NCBI RefSeq assembly: GCF_009914755.1
Contig: NC_060935.1
DNA: 64,000 nucleotides
Reading direction: 5' to 3' (one strand)
Source of the DNA: the human T2T-CHM13v2.0 reference genome, Homo sapiens
Part shown: one piece after another, positions 1 through 14,861 of the stretch
Layout of the letters: each line of letters begins with the position of its first letter
Position numbering within the stretch: the stretch's first letter is position 1
The notes under the pieces: generated by a model
Told to the model about the DNA's origin: nothing
The model's input: the letters and a program-made list of their open reading frames with translations, nothing else
Databases searched by the model: none
Position numbers and translations under genes: made by a program

Positions 1-2205
1 ACAAATTGAGGAATATGGGTGCCATAAGGATGAGATGAAGGCAAACTCCAATGGGTGGGGACCCTCCAAAGTTAACTAATAATCACCAGCTCTTTTGTTC
101 TCTGGGAATATTTGATTTGGGGACCATGATGTGGCTTAGACTTGGACCAGGCAGAGAGTCATAGATGAGAGAAAGAGAAACCAGTAAGACTTGTGATAGT
201 CAAAAAAGGCTTACAAAACATACTGGAAATTTGAGGCACTCTAAATGCATAACAAGTTTTCCCTGTGGGACATCTTCTGAATTCTGGCTATGCAAGGGAG
301 GCTAGAAAGCTGTGCTGAGGGCCTCTAAAAGACAAAACAAAATCTCCCATGATCCCATGATGCTTAAGAGAATAGAGGAAGAGGGATTTCCTCACACACA
401 CACTGGTATTTCCTCTCAAAACATTTTACAAAGATTTGAAGCTATGTGTGTATGTAGTGGGCGGGGGGAAAGGAGGGATGGGGAATGCGGCTAACGAATT
501 AAGCTCCAAACCACCAAAGGGTAGATGCAAATCTCCCACACTCCTTCCGGGGTGAGGAGATAAGGATCAACCAGACTATCAGCCCACAACTCAGGAGGGT
601 CATACCTTAAGAACAAGAACAAACCAAAGTTGGACTAAATTTTACTAGAACTGAAACTCAGCCCTAACCTAACTCAAGCCTTAACTGGCTTTAGGTAGCC
701 AGCCTACCTTACTCTACCTGCCTAACAAAGAGAAGGGAGGAATCTGTCTGATGAGAGACATCATCTGGGGCCTCTGTGAATCTAATATAAATAATATTCG
801 GTGCACAACACGAATTATTGCAAAAGGCAGGAAAATGTGACCAACAATCAAGAGGGAAAATACACAATAAAAGTTGACATACAGATGATCCCATTACCTG
901 AGTTAGCAAACAAGGACTCTAGTATAACTATGTTTATATATTAAAGAAAATAGAGGAAATGTTGACAAAATGGATTTTAAAATGGGCAATTTCAATAGAA
1001 AATTGGAATCTATTTTAAAAAGAACCAAGCAAATATTCTAGAACAGAAATATCCAATATTTGAAATTAAGAACTCACTGGATAGGTATAATAGCAAACTG
1101 GACACAATAGAAGACAGGATTAGAGACCTGCAAAATAGATCAGTAGAAAATGTCTAAAATTAAGCCCAGAGATAGAAGAGTATATCTTCTGTATACTTAT
1201 TTGATATTTGATACGGTATGACTTAATTGATATTAAGTGACAGGCAAAACTAATCTATGATATTATAAATCAGTACAGTGATTGTCTATGGGTGTGAGGA
1301 CTGACAAGAAGCAGGCAAGAGCATACTTTCTGGGGTGATAGAAATGTTCTATGTATTGAGTTGAGTTTTGGTTACATGTATGTTTACGAAAGTTTATTGA
1401 ATTGTATACATAAGATCTGCTCATTATCTTCTGAGTAAATTTTACTTCGCTCAAAAAAGACAATAATAAATACAATACAAAGAGAATAAGAAAAGGCAGG
1501 AACCAGACTAGGAGAAGATATTTTCCTATTTTCAATACATTTATCAAAGGCCATGTATCCAGTATATATAAAAACCTTGACAAGTAAGAAAAAGACAGAT
1601 GACCTAATGGACAAATGGGTGAAAGACTTGAATAGGTGGGCACTTTACAAAAGAGAACATCCAAATGGCCAATAAGCATATGAAAAAATTAGCCATCTAG
1701 AGATGTAAATTAAAATACAGGATGTTAATAATACATACTCACTAAAATGGCTAAACTTAAAAGGACCGCAAGTGTTGGTAAGATATGTAGTAACTGGTAC
1801 CTTCATACATTGATGGTAACTAGTACAACCACTTCGGATAACAGTGTGGCAACATCTTCTTAAACTTATGACTTAGCAATTTCACATCAGGATATATAAC
1901 CAAGAGGTAAGACAAGGTATTCAGCTATTTTTGTTTGTTCATTTGTTTAAGGTACTCACGTGCAATAAAGCCCAAAAATATTTGGGATAGATAATATATA
2001 GATATCTATAGATATAAATATAAATCTATGTAGAGATATAGATCAGCTAGTGATGCAGCTAAAGATATAGCACATTTCCAGCAACCCAGAAAGCTCCCTT
2101 GCACCTGATCCAATAAATTCTGCTACCCCCAATGTAGCTATTGTTGTGACTTCTGTCACCATGGATTAAATTTTTCTGTTTCTGATGTTCATCTAAATGG
2201 CTTTT
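1..2205 (+). mobile_element. Mosaic of old L1M fragments
   Basis: ORF1-like A-rich sequence at 830-1170, L1 3' motifs at 1200-1900, antisense piece at 2060-2205. Confidence 0.6.
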
Positions 2206-2209
2206 GTTA

Positions 2210-2887
<678 letters not shown>

Positions 2888-3329
2888 CTAGCCCCAGATA
2901 AGACAGTACTACAGGAGTCTGAAAACTTGGGAGTCTTGGGAGCCATTGTTGCTAGAGAACAAGTCGTCTTGTGACAAGTGCCCAAAGGCAGAAGACCCCA
3001 TTCTAGAGGTTGTTCTCCCCCTGTCAAGGAAGAAGAGATGTGTGCTTTTGTCCTCCCACAGAACCGGAGATCTTTAACTGAGGGAGAATATTGACTGCTC
3101 TACTCTGTTGGGGATGTCTCTCTGAATAAACAATCCAGGAGGAAGTTCACGTTTATGTTTACATCATTGTCTCTTGACCCTGATGATTCCAAGATGATTA
3201 CCTGATGATCTGATGATTACCTTCTCTCTGATTTTCCCTATTTTTCTTACCTCTAATAAAATATCTCTCATGCCATTGAATCATAAAAAATTCCAAACCT
3301 GGAAATATCCAGGCGGCTTTTCCTTTTCT

Positions 3330-3668
3330 CTTTTCTTTTTTTTCTTTTTCTTTTTCTTTTTTTTTTTTTTTTTTTTTTTTTTTTGAGACAGAGTCTTGCT
3401 CTGCCACCCAGGCTGGAGTGCAGTGGTACAAGCTCGGCTCACTGCAACCTCTGCCCTCCCGGGTTCAAGTGATTCGTGTGCCTCAGCCTCCTGAGTAGCT
3501 GGGATTACAGGCATGTGCCATCATGCCCAGCTAGTTTTTGTATTTTTAGCAGAGACGGGGTTTCACCATGTTGGCTGGGCTTGTCTCGAACTCCTGACCT
3601 CAAGTGATCCACCTGCCTCAGCCTCCCAAAGAGCTGGGATTACAGGCGTGAACCACCGCACCCAGCCA
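3330..3668 (-). mobile_element. AluS with long T-tail
   Basis: Antisense Alu consensus. Confidence 0.92.
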
Positions 3669-4009
3669 GCTTTTTCTTTTAATATAGAAAGGGCAAAAGA
3701 CAAAAAGATCCAGGGCTTTCCCATACTGTCATGGCCGGCGAGCCACAGAGATAGGACTGGAGCCCAGGCTCTAACCCCCAGAGCAGCATTCTTCTATCGT
3801 CGGTTCCCTGGAGAATCTGGAAGCTCAAATTTTCATGAGGGGAGAGACTGGGGCAAAGGTTTTCTCTTTCCTTCTCCATATATTTGGCTGATATTGTCAG
3901 CAGCAAACTACAAATTTCAGAGTTTGTTCTTTAGTTTCCTAAGTGTGGGGTGGGCTGGTTTTCTGTCAGAGAGTGAAGGCAGGTATAATGTCTTTCTAAA
4001 AGACATATG

Positions 4010-4312
4010 AGGCAGGGCACAGGGGTTCACACCTGTAATCCCAGAACTTTGGGAGACCAAGGTGGGAGAATTGCTTGAGACCAGGAGTTTGAGGCCAGCC
4101 TGGGCAACATAGCAAGACCCTGTCTCTACAAAAAAATTTTAAAACTAGCCAAGTACAGTGGCTTGTGCCTGTGGTCTCACTACTCAGAAGGCTGAGGCAG
4201 GAGGATCACTTGAGCCCAGGAGTTCAAGACTGCAGTGAGCTATAATCATGCCACTGCACCCCAGCCTGGGCAACAGAGGGAGACCCTGTCTTTTAAACAA
4301 AACAAATAAACA
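4010..4312 (+). mobile_element. AluJ
   Basis: Alu consensus; TSD aaaagaca(t/c)atg. Confidence 0.9.
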
Positions 4313-5199
4313 AAAAGACACATGGGACAGACCACTCCATTGTGAATGCTCCCTTGAAAGAGTATTCTACAGTTCGGCCCCAATTACACAAGCAGGAAAG
4401 CAAAACTGCTGCACCTCCACTTAAGAGATAACCCTCAGTTAACAGACCCAACCTGCCTAAGCAAATCACCAGGTTTTTCTAATACCCAAAGAGATGCAAA
4501 CTACCTTATTCTGAACGTTGTTACAGCTCAGAGAAGTCAATTATGGATTGAATGCCACCGAGTTAGGCTGAATTGGGGTTTGAGGGGAGAAATTCAGAGC
4601 CGTCAAGCCTGACTGAGCCTCTCTTCCCACCTCCTCCCTCACTTCTATTAAACAGCAGGGAGACAGATGCTGAGTCTGAAGTCCAGAAATAGTGTCTTTT
4701 CAAGGTCAACCAACAAATTCATAGCAGAAGTAGGTTTTAAAGCCGGTGTCCTGGCTCCCACCCAGTCTTTGTAGGATGTTTCATGAGAGAGGATGATTCC
4801 TTAGCCTGCTATTCAAAGCCTGTCTTCTTGCAGCCTTGTTTCTCCTTATTCTAGTCAAATGGCAACTCCTTGCTCTTGCCTTGTGCTTCTGCCAAATTCA
4901 GCTCAAATATTACTTCCTCCAAGAGATCTTCTATGGTCCTGGCTGGCTCAGGAGCCTCTTTCCTGGGCTCTTGAAGTTCCTGTGCTTCTGTTTGTCATTA
5001 TTATGATTACACCAGGTTGTCTCTGTCTATTTATGTGTCCACCACACCAGGAGCACTTTCAGAGCAGTAATGGGGTCTGATCGTTTCTATTTGATACTGC
5101 ACCATCCTTCCCAGGAGCTTAGTGCTCTGGAATGCAGCTTTCCAACTTGCCTTGTTTTGCTGATAAATCATCAAATAGGAATGAAGGGGCCATTAGTGA

Positions 5200-5518
<319 letters not shown>

Positions 5519-6099
5519 TAGATGGGGACAGAAAAGGGAGTCCCAGAAATGGGCTGTGACTTTCCCAAGGTCACACAGTAAGTGGGTGATAGAACTAGAA
5601 CTAGACTGTCAACAGAGCTAGATTATCAACTCACCTTGAGCTCTCCTGGACCAGCTCTGCCACTCTCTTGCTGTGATGCTGGGTCTCTGAGCCTCAGTTT
5701 TCCCATCTATAAAATGAGGACTTTGGAAGCAATGATCTCCAGCTTGATAAATATTTTGAGTATCTACTCTGTGTTTAGATAAATGAGAGATTCGAAGACA
5801 GATGTGTCATGGCCTCAGCCTCTTAGGAAGGAGAGCAAGGGCGCTCTCATTTGTTAAGCTTCTGTTGCCTGCTTGATTCTTTACAGTCATTACACATCAT
5901 TACGACGCCCAAACTCATGCAGTTCTCTCATGATATTCTCACCATCCTGCACTGTTTCCATAGAAAAGGAGCAGGATATACGTGAAGCACAGAATCTAGG
6001 TCTATTAACTTTGCAGTTAGAAAGGCCTGAGTTTCCTTCCTGGCTCCACCACTTTGTGCTTTCCTCCAATGGACTGCAATTCCCTCACAAATTATTCCC

Positions 6100-6720
6100 A
6101 TTTCTCTTATCGTCATCAGCTTTGCCTCCTTGTGAGGAATTCTCTTCCAAGATCATTAGCCTCTTGCTTGTGACTGCACAGCCCTGCCCCTGCCTGCGAG
6201 GGTGTCTGGTCTACACTCACCCAGGCTGACTGCGTGGTTGACTTGGATCCTGGGACCCTGACATTCCCAGGATCTTTACTGTGGTTGTACATGCCCCCAA
6301 CCTCCCTGAGCCTATCTCCCCATCCCAGTCTCTGCCTGCTCTGCGCACTCCATCCCCAGCCCAGCTCACCTACCAATCCTGGTCCGCCTTGATGTCTTGT
6401 GTAGAGTCGTCACAGTTGGCCTTGGTTGGGAAGAGCCAGGTAGAAACTCAACCATGGCCCTTTAAACCCTCGGGCCCCTCTCTGCAACCAGGCCTGCTGG
6501 GGCTCTCTCCCCACAAGAAGGCTCACCCGTGGGACCAGATAACTGCCAGTCAGCTGAGAACAACTTCCGAGGGTGGAGTGGGGGACTTTGTTCTGGGCTT
6601 TGCTGATAATGAAAACAACATCATTAACAACCCTCATGGGTCCCAGAACTTTATCACCAGTATTATTCCTGTTTTCCCATCTGGTCCTCACAATAGCCAG
6701 GGAAGACAGGCAGAGTCAGG
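6100..6720 (-). promoter_or_regulatory. Candidate OR promoter and non-coding first exon, copy 1 (probably serving OR2AT4 left of the window)
   Basis: TAATGA at 6607, TCATTA at 6621, CCCTCATGGG at 6631, CCCGTGGG near 6526, TTTAAA at 6461. Minus-strand donors AG|GTGAGC (6364-6369) and GG|GTGAGT (6215-6220). Paralogous to the segment upstream of the OR pseudogene. Confidence 0.6.
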
Positions 6721-7398
6721 ATTATTTCCACTATTTTACATTTGAGGAAACTGAGATCTAGAGAAGTGAGGTGACTTGCCCAAGATCATATGAGTGGCTG
6801 GTGGCAGAGCTGGGATTTGTACCCAAGGCTCCAATTCTGGTTCAGTGGTTCAGCAACATGTTATCTAATGACTAAGACCCGAGTTATTCCCAGTAATATG
6901 ACTTTGAACAAATCCCTTAACCTCACTGGGTCTTCATTTTGTCATCTGTGGAATGGGTATAACGACACTAACTCTCTCACAGGATAACTGGGCAGGTTGA
7001 GGTGCTTCACCCAGTTCCTGCCACTTATTAGGCATTCAATAAGTGGGAGCTATTATTTTAATGGACCAAAGCAGTAAAGCCTTGTTCAATGAGTATGTGA
7101 TACTTCCGCTGCTGTGCAATGAGAACTTGCAAAGGTTTTGTGGAAAGAATGTGAGGGTGGAAGTCTCTGCCCCAACCCCATACAGGACAAAGTCAAGAGT
7201 CACAGACTCTTCCTGCCTCAATCTTTCTGATTCTCTCCTTTGGCTCCAGTGTTCTGTTTCTGACTTGACTGACTTGGTCACTCCTACTAATACTCATAAA
7301 ATTTTAATTTTTTTTTAATTTCACAAGTAATAAACAGAACCTCATTGTAGAACATTTTAATCAATACAGAGCTTTACTGAGTCAAAAGTGAAAGTTCT

Positions 7399-9160
7399 AG
7401 GCCGGGTGTGGTGGCTCACGCCTGTAATCCCAGCACTTTGCCGGGCCGAAGGGGGAGGATCTCTTGAGTCCAGGAGTAAGAGAGCAGCTTGGACAACTGG
7501 CAAAACTCTATCTCTACTGAAAAATACAAAAAAATTAGCTGGGCATGGTGGCATGCACCTGTAGTCTCAGTGAGAGGTGACAGCGTGCTGGCAGTCCTCA
7601 CAGCCCTCGCTCGCTCTCGGTGCCTCCTCTGCCTGGGCTCCCACTTTGGCGGCACTTGAGGAGCCCTTCAGCCCACCGCTGCACTGTGGGAGCCCCTTTC
7701 TGGGCTGGCCAAGGCCGGAGCCGGCTCCCTCAGCTTGCAGGGAGGTGTGGAGAGAGAGGCGCGAGTGGGAACCAGGGCTGCGCCTGCGCTTGCAGGCCAG
7801 CTGGAGTTCTGGGTGGGCGTGGGCTTGGCGGACCCCACACTCAGAGCAGCCGGCCGGCCCTGCTGTCCCCAGGCAATAAGAGGCTTAGCACCCGGGCCAG
7901 CGGCTGTGGAGGGTGTACTGGGTCCCCCAGCAGTGCCAGCCCACTGGCGCTGTGCTCGATTTCTCTCTGGGCCTTAGCTGCCTTCCCGCGGGGCAGGGCT
8001 CGGGACCTGCAGCCCGCCATGCCTGAGTCTCCCACCCCCTCCCTGGGCTCCTGTGCGGCCCCCGCCTCCCCGATGAGTGCTGCCCCGTGCTCCACAGCAC
8101 CCAGTCCCATCGACCACCCAAGGGCCGAGGAGTGTGGGCGCATGGCTCCGGGACTGGCAGGCAGCTCCACCTGCAGCCCCGGTGCGGGATCCACTGGGTG
8201 AAGCCAGCTGGGCTCCTGAGTCTGGTGGGGACGTGGAGAACCTTTATGTCTAGCTCAGGGATTGTAAATACACCAATCGGCACTCTGTATCTAACTCAAG
8301 GTTTGTAAACACACCAATCAGCACCCTGTGTCTAGCTCAGGGTTTGCGAATGCACCAATGGACACTCTGTATCTAGCTGCTCTGGTGGGGCCTTGGAGAA
8401 TCTTTGTGTCTAGCTCAGGGATTGTAAACGCACCAATCAGCGCCCTGTCAAAACAGACCACTGGGCTCTACCAATCAGCAGGATGTGGGTGGAGCCAGGT
8501 AAGAGAATAAAAGCAGGCTGCGCGAGCCAGCAGTGGCAACCCGCTCAGGTCCCCTTCCACACTATGGAAGCTTTGATCTTTCGCTCTTTGCAATAAACCT
8601 TGCTACTGCTCACTCTTTGGGTCCACACTGCTTTTATGAGCTGTAACACTCACCGCGAAGGTCTGCAGCTTCACTCCTGAAGCCAGCGAGACCACAAGCC
8701 CACCAGGAGGAACGAACAACTCCAGATGCGCTGCCTTAAGAGATGTAACACCACGAAGGTCTGCAGCTTCACTCCTGAAGCCAGTGAGACCACTAGCCCA
8801 CCGGGAGAAACGAACAACTCCAGATGCGCCGCCTTAAGAACTGTAACACTCCCCGCGAAGGTCTGCAGCTTCACTCCTGAGCCAGTGAGACCACCAACCC
8901 ACCAGAAGGAAGAAACTCCCAACACATCCGAACGTCAGAAGGAACAAACTCCAGACGCGCCACCTTAAGAGCTGTAACACTCACCGCGAGGGTCCGTGGC
9001 TTCATTCTTGAAGTCAGTGAGACCAAGAACCCACCAATTCCGGACCCATCAGCTACCAGGGAAGCTGAGGCAGGAGAAACACCTGAGCCTGGGAAGTTCA
9101 GGCTGCAGTGAGCCACAGCTGTGCCTCTGCACTCTAGCCTTAGCAATGGAGTGAGACCCA
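7399..9160 (+). mobile_element. AluJ-like element split by the LTR12
   Basis: Alu sequence stops at gtagtctcag and resumes at ctaccagggaagctgaggc. Confidence 0.9.
7571..9048 (+). mobile_element. Solo LTR12C-like (ERV9) LTR inserted into an Alu
   Basis: Starts TGAGAGGTGACAGCGTGCTGG and ends ccaattccggaccca. CpG-rich 5' part, tandem CCAAT repeats, AATAAAAG, repeated U5 units; 4-bp TSD TCAG at 7567-7570 and 9049-9052. Confidence 0.93.
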
Positions 9161-9362
9161 GGAAGGAAGGGAGTGGTGGAAGGGGGGAAGGGGGGAAGGG
9201 AGGGAAGGGAGTGGGGGAAGGGAGGGAGGGAGGGAAGGGAGTGGGGGAAGGGAGGGAGGGAAGGGAGGAAGGGAGGGAAGGGAGTGGGGGAAGGGAGGGA
9301 GGGAGGGAAGGGAGGAAGGGAGGGAAGGGAAGGGAGGGAGGGGAGGGAGAGAAAGAGAGAGA
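9160..9362 (+). repeat. G-rich (GGGA/GGAA)n tract derived from an Alu tail
   Basis: Direct reading. Confidence 0.9.
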
Positions 9363-10936
9363 AAGTTTTTTTTCACACCAATTCTTACCCATATTTTTCC
9401 TCCAGTCTTAACAATGGAGTGAGATCCTGTCAGAAAGAAAGGAAGGAAGAAAGAAAAAAGAAAGAAGAGTTAGTTAGTCTTCTTCACACCAATTCTTACC
9501 CACATTTTTCCTCCATGCTCCAGAAGTAAACATTATTACTGATTTGGTGTGTTTCTTCCAGACTTTTCTAAGCGCATGTGTTTGTGTATGTGTGTATGGT
9601 TTTGCTTTTCTTTTAATGTAAATTGAATCATTCTGTATTTATTGTATAGCATATTTTAATTTAATAAGTCTAGGAATTTTTCTGTGTCTGATCTACTTCA
9701 TTTTTTTGTATCTGATATTTGGCATTTTGTAGTACAGATACAACATAGTTTGTCTAATAACTCATCTGTTGATGAACATTTAAGTTCTATCTCATTCTTG
9801 CTATTATGAAAACTATTATAATTAATTTCCTTTTAACATGCATTTGGGGTCACATGTGCTCAAATATTTCTCGGAGATAGACAGATCCTTAGAAGTAGAA
9901 CTTCTGGGCCAAGCAGTCAGCACATTTTCAAATGGAATGGGGTGTGCATGTGCAGGGACTATCCCAGCTTCAAACCCAGAAGCTTTGAGGATGCTGAGTC
10001 ACAGTGATGACTGAGATGACCCTGTTACACCCGGCCTGATGCTTCTGCCCAGGACCAGGGGAAAACCCATGCATGAAGGGTTCATTTCAGCCTGCAGAAG
10101 AGACTTCCCTATTAGACCTCTGCAGACTGTAGACTTTCAACTGCAGACTGGGAGGTTACTAAGTCCTTAGCAGCTGAGTACAGAACACGATGGAAATGAA
10201 AACATGGTACAACAGAGGTTACAGCCCTCTCCTGACCTGATAAACTTCATGATGGAGCTAAAGATGGTTTGGGAAGTTTCTTTGAATCACAAGCAGAACT
10301 GTATGTGCTGTCTCCTCCTGTCTGGATCTACTCACTACTTGCTAAAGAGAAGAATTTTGGTTTGGGATAAATTTATGTGGATCTTCGCTTTGGTGCCATA
10401 AAGGTAAGTGCTAAAGATGTTTCTGGGGGAGAAGACTAAGCTCTCTTAAGTTAAAGGCAAAGAATCCTGCAAAATCACCAGGTGGTTAGGTGGATTCTTT
10501 TGTTCTGTTTTCCATTTCTTAGATGTGATGAGATCCCTAATAAGCCTTAAAAAGCCATCTTTTGGCGGCATAAGAATGACTTAAGGCTTTCGAGATGTTA
10601 TGTATGAAAGTAACTAAAAGACTTGGGCACTTGGGCTGAAATAACCCATATGGAGTGCAACAGTTAAGAGAATTGCAATAAGTAGGAGAAAACAAACAAA
10701 AACTAAAATTTAGAATCCTTTTGGATTTCCTATTTTGTTTTACTAAAGAGAATGAACCAAAATAGAGAGTAAAACTGTTGGCTGAGATTTCTTTGTATAA
10801 AAAGCCAACATTCTAAGACTTACTTTTATAACATTATGGGATAAAATAGGATTTCTTTTATTACCTCTAAGAATAAAACTCTCCTCATCCTGCTAGGAAA
10901 TGACTGGCTTTTCTATAGCCATAGTAACAATGATCA

Positions 10937-11285
<349 letters not shown>

Positions 11286-11599
11286 TACTTAATTGTTTAA
11301 TCACAGCTTTGAGCCAGTACCCACACTTCTGAAAGTCAGGGAATCTAAAAGCCACTCAGCAATGGTTTAACTCCAGTAACCACACTTCCATAGCTAAAAG
11401 CAAACTAATCCCTAAACACTCCCACCTTTGAAAGTCCACCAACCCCAGATCTCCACATTTTCCACAGCCCTGTCTAAGATCAGCTCCTTGTGTTTCTCAA
11501 AAACAGACTATATCATAAACCATAGCATCCTGTGCTTACACTAGTGATACATTCAGCCTTTTGTTTCTGATATTGAGTGGTGATCTGTTCCTTTAACAT

Positions 11600-12070
11600 T
11601 TCTTATTTATTTCCATATGGTCTATAGTAATGTCCCCTCTTTCACTTCTGATTTTAGTAATGGGAGTCTTATCTCTTTTTATATTGGTAGGCTAAAGTTT
11701 TAACAGTTTTATTGATATAGTCAAGGAACCAACTTTGGTTTTGTTGATTTTCTTTATTTTTCTATTCTCTATTTCATTTATTTCTGTTCTAATCTTTGTT
11801 ATTTTATGCCCACTTCTTGTTTGAGTTGAGTTTGCTTTTCTTTTTTAATTTCTAAAGATAAACAGTTAGGGTACTGACTTGAGATTTGTTTTCTTTTTAA
11901 TATAGGTGTTTACAGCTATAAATTTCCCTCTCTGTACTGCTTTAGCTGTATCCCATAAATTTGGGCATGTTGTGTGTTCATTTTCATTCATCTCAAATTA
12001 TTTTCTAATTTCCCTTGTTATTCTTTTACCCATTGGTTATTTAGAAGTCTCTTGTTTAATTTCCACATAT
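11600..12070 (-). mobile_element. Old L1 ORF2 fragment
   Basis: Antisense L1 signature gctataaatttccctct...gctttagctgtatccca. Confidence 0.7.
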
Positions 12071-12353
12071 ATGTGGAAGTAGCATTCAGTGATAGAGGTT
12101 TTATTATTTTAAAGATAGCACAGAAAAAGTGGACAGGTTATTTAAAACAAATATTGCTTAGAACCAAAAAAAAAATTTTTAGCAAGTTTACAAAAAAATG
12201 AAGCCCTCAAAGTTGAAATTAGACAAAGTTATGCAGATCATTCAGGAAATAAAAGGAGGATAAAAGGAATTAAATTGAATCATGCTATTTGAAATATAAA
12301 CAGAAAGCACAAAATAAGAATTTAGTGTAAGTATTTTATTTTATTTACCATTA

Positions 12354-12706
<353 letters not shown>

Positions 12707-13554
12707 TTATTCTAGTAATGGAATCATTGTCTCATGACTGCAAAATGACTAAGTATTTTTACTACATGTGATAATTGAAGTCAGGTTTTGAGCTCAATGT
12801 TTTATTTGATTTTAGAAATATTTTAAACTAGCTTTTGATATATTAGAATTTATCTTTTTATCTTTATTCTTTCTCCCTCTCCCAGCTACATCAAGATATA
12901 AAATATAGCACATAGTAGGTTCATGATATATGTACTTACTATGTGAATGACAGCTATGTCATTTAGCTGACAGTTTTAATTTTCTTGCGAAGCGGTTTAG
13001 GTAGCCACTTTTGAGGACAGATAAATGATTAGGTTTAAAAAATTCAGATCATTGCCACATGTAAAACACATTAGTTTATGTAAGCATCCCAATGTTTGGT
13101 TAAAAAACCAAACCTCTACTGGAGAGAATCAGTAAAATTAGGACCATTAGTCAGACACACTATGACTCAGAATGAGCACTGCACTCTGAGATAAAAATGA
13201 GATCAATTTTAAGACAGTGTTTTCCGGATGTAAGTGTGCCTCATGTGAGTTTAGTGTGAGGAGGCTCCTCAGATAACAAACCTAACTCAAGTGGGACTTT
13301 GATACTGCCAGACCCTCATCCTATATGTCTCTGTTCTTTTCTCTCATCTCCTCTTCTCAATGACTTTTTCACACCTTCTCTTCACTCCTCAGTCCACCAA
13401 TACCTCTTCCCATCGCCACTCCAGCAATCAAGTGATAACTCCCACAGACTGTCATCCCACAACCACCCACCTACCAGCCTCTGCACCCACACACTGCGCT
13501 TTCCTACCTGTGACCACAGATGAACTCCTCATGCCCTTATGTAAAGTCAGTCAC

Positions 13555-13771
<217 letters not shown>

Positions 13772-14221
13772 TCAAATCTCCCCTCTCTCCTCCATCACCA
13801 ATTTTTCTCTCTACTGAATCATTCCCACCAGTGTACAAATACATTGTAATTTTTCCCACCTTAAACAAAAATTTTATCTCTATAAACTGCTGATTACATT
13901 TTAAAAATCAAGGGGCACAACACCTTGTATAGTAGTAGACTATAGTAGACTACTATTCATTCAGAAGGAGTGGAAATATAACTCTATAGTCATATTTATG
14001 TATCACATAGCAATATTTATAAATTATATATATGTGTAAACATGTGAAAATATCTTCTATTAAAAATAGAAAGAAAAATGTTTTAATGAATAAAAATGGT
14101 TTCTTTAAAGGGGATGCAATAGGTGGAAGGAGCAGGAATGGAAGCTAGAATTCACCAAAAATGCCTTATTTTATAATACTGACTTTAAAAATTGTTATAA
14201 TTATGACTTTAAAAATTATAA

Positions 14222-14861
<640 letters not shown>

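Noticed and set aside
8180-9030. Regularly spaced repeats that superficially resemble an array
   Set aside because: These are the normal internal U3 and U5 tandem repeats of LTR12; there are no unique spacers and it is not a CRISPR array.
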